A DNA stretch of 64,000 nucleotides from an uncultured Methanoregulaceae archaeon. Its GTDB lineage: Archaea > Halobacteriota > Methanomicrobia > Methanomicrobiales > Methanospirillaceae. The notes beneath the pieces are model-generated. The model was given only the letters and a program-made list of their open reading frames with translations, did no database searches and was not told the origin of the DNA. Location: NCBI GenBank assembly GCA_963701095.1, contig OY969564.1, forward strand, positions 2,496,001 to 2,560,000. Reading direction: 5' to 3'. The position numbers and the translations under genes are program-made. Of this stretch, positions 42,435 to 51,597 are shown piece by piece. Positions within the stretch are counted from its first letter, which is position 1. Each line of letters begins with the position of its first letter.

Positions 42435-44886
42435 CAGCCTACGACAACATCCCGGAACCGCTAGTAGGAGCCCGCCGCTGGGTAACGTTCCGGGTAATCC
42501 CGCAGCCAGACGGATCGTTAAAAAAGATCCCGCTGACCATCCGGGGATCGATGGCAAGATCCGACACACCGGGAGACTGGTGTACCTTATCAGAGGTTCG
42601 CCGGGCGATCCAATTCGACATTGGCAATGCCGCTGCATTTGCTCTAGGCGAAGACTATCCGCTCCGGGTACTGGACCTCGACCACTGCATCGATGACCGG
42701 GGGAACCTATCGCCTCTAGCAGTACAGATCGTCAGCCGGGCCGGGGATACCTACATCGAAAAATCAGTGTCCGGTCACGGTCTACACGTTCTCGTATGGC
42801 GGTCTGAAAATAATTATCCGACCAACCCGGTCCCGGGTCTTGAAATCTATGGTGGGGCTCCGAGGTTCATAATCATGACCGGGAACTTGTGGGGGCCGAT
42901 CCCAACCAGCGATCCGGAATTCAACCGACAACTGGCATACGCGGAGGCACGAACTTGACAGCTGCCGCAGAAAACCCGACCGAACCGGAATACCGGCTGT
43001 GTTGTGACGATGTGCCGGAAGAGCCTGAAGAACTGGACGTGATGGAAGAACCGGACGAGGAGCCGGAAGAACAGGAAGAATGGGAAGAACAGACAACGGC
43101 CGCCAAAGTCACCAGAAAGCCGGAACCGGCTGTAATAATCAATCACACTACACAGCCGGCTAAAGTGCCGCAGAAGCAATCCGTGAGGCCAACACCGGCA
43201 CCTGTGGTAAATTCAGAGGCCGACCCACTGACCGGATTCTTATCGTCCCTGTCACCGTCATGTAAAGCCGAGGCTGTGAAGTATTCAGAAATTCCCGATA
43301 GGGACCTCAAGATCCCGACCGGGCAGAGCGCGACGGCAATCCTTGCGACATTCTGCAAGAAGTACGCAACCGTCCCGAAAGGCCAACGGAACCACACACT
43401 GTTTAAGTTGTCCTGCACTCTTCGCCGGTGCGGGTATGAGGAAAAAGACATCCTCGCGGGACTGTGGCAATTCTCCCGGGAGCATTGCAAGCCCCCGCAC
43501 AAGCAGAGCGACCGGAGTGATGTTGAGGAACTCACGCAACTCTCCAGGAGGGCCGCCCGCCATGTGCGGCCGGGTTTTCCTGTCGAGAAGGTGAAAGGGG
43601 AGCACACAACTGTGGCGAATGTATCGAACCCAGCCCCCGCCGCGATTGATTTGGATCCATGCGGGATTGATCCGGGAAACATCACCGGGGAAGAGATCAA
43701 AGATCTGATGTTAAAAGGGTTTCAGGCGAACTCCGCTGATATCGGATCGAATGATTCCTCCCTAATTTGCCTGTTGTCTTACATTGGAGGGCGAGAACTT
43801 ACCGGAGACGGACTCCACCTGAAAGTGTCCGGGGAATCACAAGGGGGGAAATCGATCACGATTGGTGCCGGACTGAACTGTTTACCCCCAGAGGACATAT
43901 ATGCCGGGGCCTGCACGCCGAAAGCGCCGATTTACGACAGCAGCCTTCAATCTGGAATCATCATAAAAATTGACGAATCCCAAAAATTAGAACCGGAGTT
44001 CTTGGCACTGATGAAGGAATCAGTATCGACGTTTCAAACCCCGGTCCTGTATCGAACGGTTATTGATAAAAAAACCGTAGTTAAACAGATCCCGCCGCGG
44101 ATTACCTGGGTGTTTGTCTCTGTCGATTCTATCGGGGACGAACAGGTGTTAAATCGCCTCTTCCCCCTCGGAGTTGATAGTAAGGAAAAATATCAGAACG
44201 TCACGGACTTCAGGCTGAAACGTAGGGAGGACGGGATTTCGAAAAATGCTGTGACTGACGATGTACTGCGAATACGTGCCGCCCTCCGACACTATCGTGA
44301 CAACCGGTTTAGGGTTCTGGTCCCATTTGCGTCACGGATCCGGTATAAGTCGCAGGTCAAAAGAGACCAGAGACTTCAGGAGTTTTTCGAAAATTGTCTG
44401 ATCTATCATGCAGCGCTTTGCTACCGGGAGCGGACCCACGATACCGGATCTGATGGAGTAATCACAGTTGAAGCAACCGAAGATGATTTTTATGCGGTCC
44501 TGAAACTACGGATCTTTAACCGACCCACAGAGGCAACCAACCGATTGAGTCCGTCCGAAATCCAACTGATCAAGGATATCGTGGCAAAAGGCCTCAATGG
44601 AACCACGTACCCCATCCCGCGGCAGGATCTGCTCAAGGTGGGGGCCGGTTATTCACAATCCCGACTATCCAACATCCTTAGGGGTCGCAACGGTGAAGAC
44701 AACGGGCTCTTGTGCAAGATCCCGGGATTCACTGAGGTGCAGGCGTCAACCGCAAACCGGGACGATTTGTGCCGATTCACTGAAAGGGCATATATCATCC
44801 CGGCAGAAATTTCAGATCTGGTACCGTCCAACGAGGGTATCGATGACCAATGTCAATCAATAGCCTGCCTGATCCCTCACGCCTGA
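42431..44886 (+). CDS. Replication protein: AEP primase-polymerase + PriCT-like domain + P-loop helicase (probable frameshift at G5 run 42891-42895)
   Basis: LDLDHC, EKSVSGHGLH, GLEIY...RFIIMTG; GQRNHTLFKLSC; Walker A GESQGGKS, Walker B IKIDE; one extra G joins the ORFs as NLWGADPNQR. Confidence 0.82.
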
Positions 44887-44896
44887 CCACGACGTC

Positions 44897-45170
44897 CATT
44901 ACACCGCTACACACCTTTTGGGAGAAAAGGTAAGAAAGCAACCGAGAATCCAAAAACGTTAAACAAACCCATTTAACTTTTTTCTCCTACCTTACCTTTT
45001 TTTAGAAACAGTGTGTAACATCCCTCATTTTTACGTCTGTATAGTAGTAGTGTGTAGTGGCTGTGAAATGGTGTGTATTATGCTCGGAGGCGTACTGTGT
45101 ATGGGCTGTGTAATATGCTCATCCATTTCACACCCATTTCACACCCACTACACAGCACTTTACACAGCCC
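44897..45170. other. Candidate replication origin (inverted repeats + TGTGTA/TACACA motifs)
   Basis: 21-bp IR 45051-45071/45134-45154 (20/21), 11-bp IR 45103-45113/45160-45170, 10-bp IR 44925-44934/44991-45000; directly after rep. Confidence 0.55.
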
Positions 45171-45844
45171 AGACCCCCCCGGAATCCCCCCAAGCTCCTT
45201 ACCTCGAGAGTAACTCCGACAGTAAGTCCAAAACCCTGTTCCTTGTCACGAGGAGAGCACCGACTGTAAAAAAGAACCTGCAAGAATAATAACAACTTCT
45301 AAATATTATCCATGGTAATAATCCCAAAAATACCAACCATCCGCAGACGCGATGACCCGGACCCTCCTCTACCCATAACCATCAATGTTTTTTCAAGCAC
45401 ATTCCAAAAATGGTATGCGTCTCAATTTTGGAGGTCAACCGGGCCGTAACCGGGTGATAATCGCTATACGGGCTCCGTTTGCCAAAAGTCCCGAGAGATA
45501 TTGCCCCGATTGATTCCTGGACCTGTGTCCAGGGTGCCGGGCAAAGCCCTTGGTAGCTGTGGTCCTGGTCCCGGGCCCTGCCGAGCGGTGCCCTCTCACG
45601 TCGAACTGTCGCAGAATAGTTGTTCTGCGCAATGTGACCCCTCTATATAGTGCACGTCGTAGCGTATGCATTGCGTAGAATAATGATGAATAATAGTGGG
45701 TGTACAAGTGCACTTGTTCTAGGTTCACATCCGGAAGATAGAGCGCGATATATGCCAAGACCCTCGTACAAAAATCCGGGAATTTTCACCTTTTTTAGGC
45801 CTACCCGCTTCTACAAAAATCTTAAAAAAATGGGTTTTGGGAGA

Positions 45845-46081
45845 TCAACCGCCGGTAATATTCCGGACTGCACCGGAGAGCCCAGTGGTCCCCCTGGCGA
45901 TCTGGTTTGTCACGTTCGAGTAGTCCCGGGCGGTATCCTGTTGGATGTGGGGGTTTGCTGCCGATTCATAAGCTCCGATCCCGACACAGACCACAAGCAG
46001 AGCCCCAAGAACCAAGGCAGCGATGACAATCAGGATAGAGACTGTGATCGCGACTTTCCCACAGAATGAAACCAGGCTCAT
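45845..46081 (-). CDS. Small single-pass membrane protein
   Basis: Long hydrophobic N-terminal helix; AGGTGA RBS upstream. Confidence 0.65.
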   Translation of the reverse strand: MSLVSFCGKVAITVSILIVIAALVLGALLVVCVGIGAYESAANPHIQQDTARDYSNVTNQIARGTTGLSGAVRNITGG

Positions 46082-46247
46082 TCTCTCACCTTTTGTATGG
46101 TGCTTCTTCCTCCGAGGGGATAAAGGTTGTTTTTTCGCGGGCGTCAGGTCGTAGAAAATGTGTTCAACCGGTTCACCGTGTTCACAACTGCATTTGTTTT
46201 AACTAAAGTAAAGTTTATATTGGATGGTGCAGTATAGACTATTCATT

Positions 46248-46415
46248 ATGAGAACCATCGTCAGAGGAGAGAAAACGTACTCCTTAACCTCCGTGGCAAT
46301 CCCTGCGGATTTGAAGGCCCGGGCACAGGATCACGATGTCAACATGACCCAGGTCTGTGTGAATGCACTTGAACGGGAAGTCGAACGTCTGGAGAAGGCA
46401 GGGGTGCCGGCATGA
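46248..46415 (+). CDS. Ribbon-helix-helix protein (CcdA/VapB/CopG-like)
   Basis: TSVAIPADLKARAQDHDVNMTQVCVNALEREV; TTTATAT box at ~46214-46220. Confidence 0.75.
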   Translation: MRTIVRGEKTYSLTSVAIPADLKARAQDHDVNMTQVCVNALEREVERLEKAGVPA

Positions 46416-46585
46416 GATCTGAAGAGCCCCAGACCGCTTCCGATGTGTGGTCCATCGACCGCAAACGGCAGGCAGAGACAGCCCTCCGGGAAAACGAAGC
46501 GTACCAGCGCGGTATGCTTGAAGGAATGCGGAAGTTTAACAGTACCCTGTTGAACCCCGAAAACAATCAGGAGATGGTGCAGTAA
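46412..46585 (+). CDS. Hypothetical protein, 57 aa
   Basis: Manual ORF MRSEEPQ...NQEMVQ; ATGA overlap upstream, 1 bp gap to the next ATG. Confidence 0.6.
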   Translation: MRSEEPQTASDVWSIDRKRQAETALRENEAYQRGMLEGMRKFNSTLLNPENNQEMVQ

Positions 46586-46586
46586 T

Positions 46587-47159
46587 ATGGCCGTTTCCGA
46601 AATGCAGATCGAAATTCTGCTCCGGCCCGTCCTTGCCGAGATGGAAAGAGGTTTTTTTAAAGTCGCCGATAAGCTCCAGCGGGACCAACTGGCGATCAAT
46701 GTTCAGGAGATTGAGGCAGGGTTTAGGAACGGCCAAAAAGCAACCCTGGCACAATACGCGGGCCTCAAATACTACAAAGACGACGACCCCGAACTGCGGG
46801 GCCTTCCAAAAGGGAACCGTAATATGGAACGGGCAAAGTTCAATAAGGGTGTCCGTGATGTCCTGCGAGCGATCCGGTGGTACCGCAAGCACCCAAACGC
46901 AACCGAACGAGATCTAATCCAGCTCCGGCAGATACTGCGGGATTTCCCGTCGACTCTGGATATCCGGGCGATTCCGACACTGGTGATGTGGGGTGATGTA
47001 CTTACGATGCTATCACGGGCCCAGACCGATGCAAAATTCGATCTCGATATGGAGGAGGACGCAGCTGATGAGAATATTCTCAAACCCCGGCATCCCGGTT
47101 CAAACCCGGAGGACGACGTGATGATCCGCAAGACTGATTTCCCGGAGTTAGACCGATAA
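46587..47159 (+). CDS. Hypothetical protein, 190 aa
   Basis: Coupled ORF in the operon; no motif recognised. Confidence 0.7.
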   Translation: MAVSEMQIEILLRPVLAEMERGFFKVADKLQRDQLAINVQEIEAGFRNGQKATLAQYAGLKYYKDDDPELRGLPKGNRNMERAKFNKGVRDVLRAIRWYRKHPNATERDLIQLRQILRDFPSTLDIRAIPTLVMWGDVLTMLSRAQTDAKFDLDMEEDAADENILKPRHPGSNPEDDVMIRKTDFPELDR

Positions 47160-47269
47160 TGCCCGCAAAACCGATTCGGTGCAGACAATGCGGACGGGTG
47201 TTCGCGGACCGGATGACCTTAATCCTGCACAAACCCTGTAAGGGCGTACCAGTCAAAACCAAACCATGA
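47159..47269 (+). CDS. Micro zinc-finger protein (C2HC), 36 aa
   Basis: Manual ORF MPAKPIRCRQCGRVFADRMTLILHKPCKGVPVKTKP; TAATG coupling. Confidence 0.6.
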   Translation: MPAKPIRCRQCGRVFADRMTLILHKPCKGVPVKTKP

Positions 47270-47528
47270 CCGGGGGGGCGAGCGGGTTTGTCACATTTTC
47301 CCGCGATGAACCCCGTGCCATCAAACCCCGTTACTACATTTTTTACACTCCCTGGGGGGGAAATTACAACCCCCGGGGGAATCGTGCCTTTTACCACAAT
47401 TGACTACCACCAGCATCGACAGCGGCGCCTCATAGACGCGTTTGCGCGGCGTTTCTCGTGCCGGATAGGTAAAAGTATGTAACAAGTGGAAAAAAGGCCG
47501 GTCTTAAGAGAAACAAACTTCAGAAAAG

Positions 47529-47613
47529 TGCGAGGGATGGGATTCGAACCCAAGAACTCCTACGAGATTAGGCCCTGAACCTAACGCCTTTGACCTGGCT
47601 TGGCTACCCTCGC
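47529..47613 (-). tRNA. tRNA-Leu(CAG), complete, located inside the element
   Basis: GCGAGGG/CCCTCGC-A acceptor stem, anticodon arm TTAGG-TTCAGGG-CCTAA, long variable arm, GGTTCGAATCC; 85 nt, no CCA encoded. Confidence 0.95.
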
Positions 47614-47670
47614 CCAACTCTTTTTTGAGGGATCTTGTTTTTGTGCGATGCAGCGTATAAACCCTGTCCA

Positions 47671-47687
47671 AGGCCCTGAACCTAGCG
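47671..47687. repeat. att core, right copy (17-bp direct repeat)
   Basis: AGGCCCTGAACCTAGCG, identical to 39945-39961. Confidence 0.9.
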
Positions 47688-47714
47688 CCGTTGACCTGGC
47701 TTGGCTACCCTCGC
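47671..47714 (-). pseudogene. 5' part of the split host tRNA-Leu(CAG) gene (right att junction)
   Basis: Reverse complement GCGAGGGTAGCCAAGCCAGGTCAACGGCGCTAGGTTCAGGGCCT, then non-tRNA sequence. Confidence 0.9.
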
Positions 47715-47737
47715 GCCTGTATAGATTACGCTCTTGG

Positions 47738-47746
47738 TTTAATAAA
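47738..47746 (-). promoter_or_regulatory. TATA box of the host tRNA-Leu promoter
   Basis: TTTATTAAA ~24 nt upstream of the tRNA 5' half. Confidence 0.6.
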
Positions 47747-47775
47747 GGTAAGGGAATGGGGATTGTGGCCGGAAA

Positions 47776-49607
47776 CTACTGTGAGTTCTGACCGTTTGCA
47801 GCCCGTTTGAGTTCCCGCTCCCGTAGTTCAATTCTCCGGATTTTACCTGAGATGGTTTTGGGCAGGGAATCGACAAACTCGATTGCCCGGGGATATTTAT
47901 ACGGCGCTGTCACCTTTTTTACATGACTCTGGAGATCCCGGACCAGAGCATCTGACGGACTAAACCCGGGTTTTAAGATCACAAACGCCTTGACGATCAA
48001 GCCCCGGATGTCATCGGGGGAACCAACAACTGCTGCCTCCTGGACAGAAGGATGCTCAATAAGAGCGCTTTCCACTTCGAACGGACCGATACGGTAACCC
48101 GAAGCTTTGATCACGTCATCGTCACGGCCGATGAACCAAAAATAACCGTCTTCATCCTTATACGCCTTGTCGCCAGTGTAGTACCAACCATTCACAAACG
48201 ATTTCTTGTTCTCTTCGGGATTGTTGATATACTCGGTAAACATGCCGACCGGCCACGGATCAAGCTTGATCGCAATTCTTCCCTCTTCATGGCCTCCTAC
48301 CGGGTTCCCGTGCTCATCATGAAGTTCGATTATCCACCCGGTGCTGGTTTTCCCATAGCCCCAAAACGCGCCTCCATACAGGGAAATGTCCCGATACACA
48401 GTACAGTTTCGGTCTGGCCGTAGCCTTCGTAGATGGTCAGGCCGGTTGCGTCCTTCCAGGCTTTGATAACCTCGGGGTTGAGAGGCTCGCCGGCACTTAC
48501 GCAGTGGCGGAGTTCGGAGAAGTCAAACTTGTCAAGATCGGCGAGGATCAGCATCCGGTAGATAGTAGGGGGGCAGCAGAATGTCGATATGCCGTACCGT
48601 TCGATCAGCGGCAGGAGTTCGGTCGCGTTAAACCGGCCCCGGATATCGTAAACGAAAATGGCAGTCCCCTCAAGCCACGGGCCGTAGAGTTTCCCCCATG
48701 CACTTTTTCCCCAACCGGTATCAGAAAAGGTGAAATGGAGGTCGTTCTGGCGGACATCGTGCCAGAACCGGGAGGTCACCATATGACCAAGTGCATAGCT
48801 CTGACTGTGCAGCACCATCTTTGCTTCCCCGGTAGTCCCTGAAGTAAAGAAGATGAGCATTGGATCGGTAGCTTTGGTTCTTTTCATACCGGGAAGGTTA
48901 ACCAGTTTTGCCGAGACCGGTGCCGGGTAGTCGAGTTCAACTGGGTAACTGATCCATCCGGATCTTTTGCCATCAATGAGGAAGCGGCAGGTCAGGGAAG
49001 GGCACTGGCTTGCAATAGCATCAATTTTATCTGCAAATTCTTCGGACGTGATCACCATCTTGATATCAGCCGCGTTAATCCGGTACTTCAGGTCGTGTTC
49101 GGTAAGCATGGTCGGGGCCGGGCAGTAGACCGCTCCGCGTTTAATGAGGGCAATAGTGGCAATCCACCACTCCGGTACCCGGGGCAGCATAATGAGAACA
49201 CGGTCGCCTTTGTTCACACCGTACTTGATAAGCATATTAACGACCTGGTTGGAGAGACGCATCAGGTCCCAGAATGTGTATTTCTTTTCGTCGCCTTTCT
49301 GGTTCGTCCAGATCATGGCAAGCTTGTTCCTGTCTTTCTTTGCCCATGCGTCAATAACATCAAAACCGAAGTTGAAGTACTCGGGAACCTCGATATGGAA
49401 ATCTCGGTAGGTAGCGTCGTAATCGCGCATGTTCGGCCCGGGTGCTCCGGTATCCGGAAGGGTACATGCGAGGCTGGATGTATTTGTAGTCAGGTGACCG
49501 GAACAAGCCTCTGCAATCCAGTCAGAACGCGAAATCTTCCGATGTTCACAGACCTTATCGATACTACTTGTCAGGGTATCGTCCATGGAAATTGAATACC
49601 GCACCAT
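47776..49607 (-). CDS. Acyl-CoA synthetase (ACSM-like) with N-terminal RHH domain (frameshift near 48335)
   Basis: FTSGTTG, YGQTET, GDKA..DEDG, SGKIRR; N-terminus MVRYSISMDDTLTSSIDKVCEHRKISRSDWIAEA. Confidence 0.88.
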
Positions 49608-49736
49608 ACATTTCGTTTTGTTGGTGCACTTTATCAGTATTTTGCTTTTCTCATGAACCAAAATATCATATGGTGCTATTTTCTGGTGCTCTCAACTAAA
49701 AAATGCTAAAACTAAAAGAGATTGAAAAAGTGATTC

Positions 49737-51403
49737 TCACCGGAGTTCGCGGTGTTTCCGCAATTCCTGTTCCCTAAGCTCGGCACGCCGGATTTTACCG
49801 GAATGGGTCTTAGGAAGTTCGGTGACAAACTCAATTGCCCGGGGTACTTGTAAGGTGCCGTGGTGCGCTTGACATAGTTCTTGATCTCTCTGATGAGTGT
49901 CTCTGAGGGTTCATAACCCTCTTTGAGGACAACAAACGCTTTCACGATTAAACCCCGAAGCCGGTCCGGTGCACCCACGACTGCGGCTTCCTGGACTGCT
50001 GGATGCTCGATAAGTGCGCTTTCCACTTCAAACGGGCCGATCCGGTAGCCGGACGATTTTATTACATCGTCGTCCCGACCTACGAACCAGAAAAACCCGT
50101 CTTCATCTGCATAAGCCTTGTCCCCGGTATAGTACCAGCCATTCACAAACGATTTTTTGTTTTCTTCAGGATTGTCCACGTATTCTACAAAAAGACCGGG
50201 TGGTGGCGGGGTACAGGAAATGGCAATCCTGCCCTCCTCGCGGATTTTTACCGGTTTTCCATCATCATCATGGATCTCCACGTCCCAGCAGGGTGAGGGT
50301 TTTCCCATTGAACCCGGTCTTAACTCAAGACAGGGAAATTCGGCAACACAGCAGCAGGTCTCGCTCTGGCCGTATCCTTCCCGGATAGCAAGGCCCGTCC
50401 CTTCCCGCCAGACACGGATCACCTCAGGGTTGAGGGGTTCGCCGGCACTTGTACAGTGTCGCAGTGACGAGAGATCGAATTTATCGAGATCGGCAAGGAT
50501 CAGCATACGGTAGATAGTTGGTGGGGCACAGAATGTGGTGATCTGGTACCGTTCAAGCAGCGGAAGTATCTCGGTAGCATTGAACTTTCCAATAAAATTA
50601 TAGACAAAGAGACAGGCTCCTTCAATCCACTGGCCAAAGATTTTTCCCCACCCGCATTTTGCCCAACCAGTATCCGTGACCGTAAAATGCAGGTCGTTAT
50701 GCCGGATGTCCTGCCAGAACCGGGCGGTAACAATCTGTCCGAGCGGATGGTCGTGGTTATGAATTACCATCTTTGGCTCTCCTACCGTCCCGGAAGTAAA
50801 ATAGATCAGCATCGGATCAGAACTTTTCGTGCGATTTTCATCAGGAATGCTCACGGAATGATGAGAAACCGGGGCCGGGTACAACAACTCGTAGGGCCAG
50901 CTTGCCCAGCCTTTGATTTCCGCATCAACCACAAACCGGCAGGAAAGGGTGGGGCACTCGTTGCAGATCTCTTCGACCTTACCGGAATTCTCCAGGTCGG
51001 TGATGATCATCCGGAATTTTCCTTTGTTTACCCGGTACTTGATATCCCGTGAGGTTAGCATGGTGGGACAGGGACAAAAGACCGCGCCAAGCTTGATGAG
51101 TGCGACGACGAAGATCCACCATTCGGGTATCCGGGGGAGCATGATGAGCACACGGTCTCCCTTGTTAATCCCGTACTTCAAAAGAACGTTTGCTGCCTGA
51201 TTGGAAAGATTTGACATATCCAGAAAACTGAACTTTTTCTCTTCGCCCTTCTGGTTTGCCCAGATCATGGCAAGTTTGTTCCGGTCCTTTCGGGCCCAGG
51301 CATCGACTACATCGAAGCCAAAATTGTAATATTCGGGAACATCGATGGTAAAAGTCGCCTTTGTCTTTTCGTAATCTTCCATATTATGCCGGTCTTCACC
51401 CAT
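49737..51403 (-). CDS. Acyl-CoA synthetase (ACSM-like), paralogue without RHH (frameshift near 49840)
   Basis: YFTSGT, YGQSET; corrected end KYPRAIEFVTELPKTHSGKIRR...ELR*. Confidence 0.9.
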
Positions 51404-51597
51404 GCAATCCACCTGGATAATTGCGAAAATATTAATGGTACTTCCTTTTCAATCTGTCTTTTGGATGTTTCCGGAGAATTCTTGGCAGCACAACCCCGGA
51501 TTTTTTGTCCATTTTCCAGTCTAACGTCAGAGAAGAATCAGGGGACATAAAGGTTCGCCATTAGTATTATGATTCGATACACTTCATAGTATACAGG

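Larger units (their letters stand above)
39945..47687. mobile_element. Integrated plasmid/satellite-like element (predicted 7726-bp circle) in tRNA-Leu(CAG)
   Basis: 17-bp direct repeats inside the two tRNA halves, adjacent integrase, primase-helicase, RHH/wHTH regulators. Confidence 0.92.

Noticed and set aside
45011..45289. 92-aa Cys/His-rich ORF
   Set aside because: Its composition is explained by the TGTG/CACA repeats of the candidate origin
39904..47613. Standard model: full tRNA = reconstituted host gene, 58-bp fragment = ordinary att duplication
   Set aside because: It leaves the 5' half at 47671-47714 unexplained. With an anticodon-loop crossover it needs mismatched parental stems (T-G and C-A), whereas the two halves match each other exactly over 17 bp
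47529..47714. Intron-containing or trans-spliced split tRNA
   Set aside because: Joining the 5' half to the full copy's 3' part gives a C-A mismatch in the anticodon stem; no bulge-helix-bulge or complementary leader/trailer was seen; the halves overlap rather than abut
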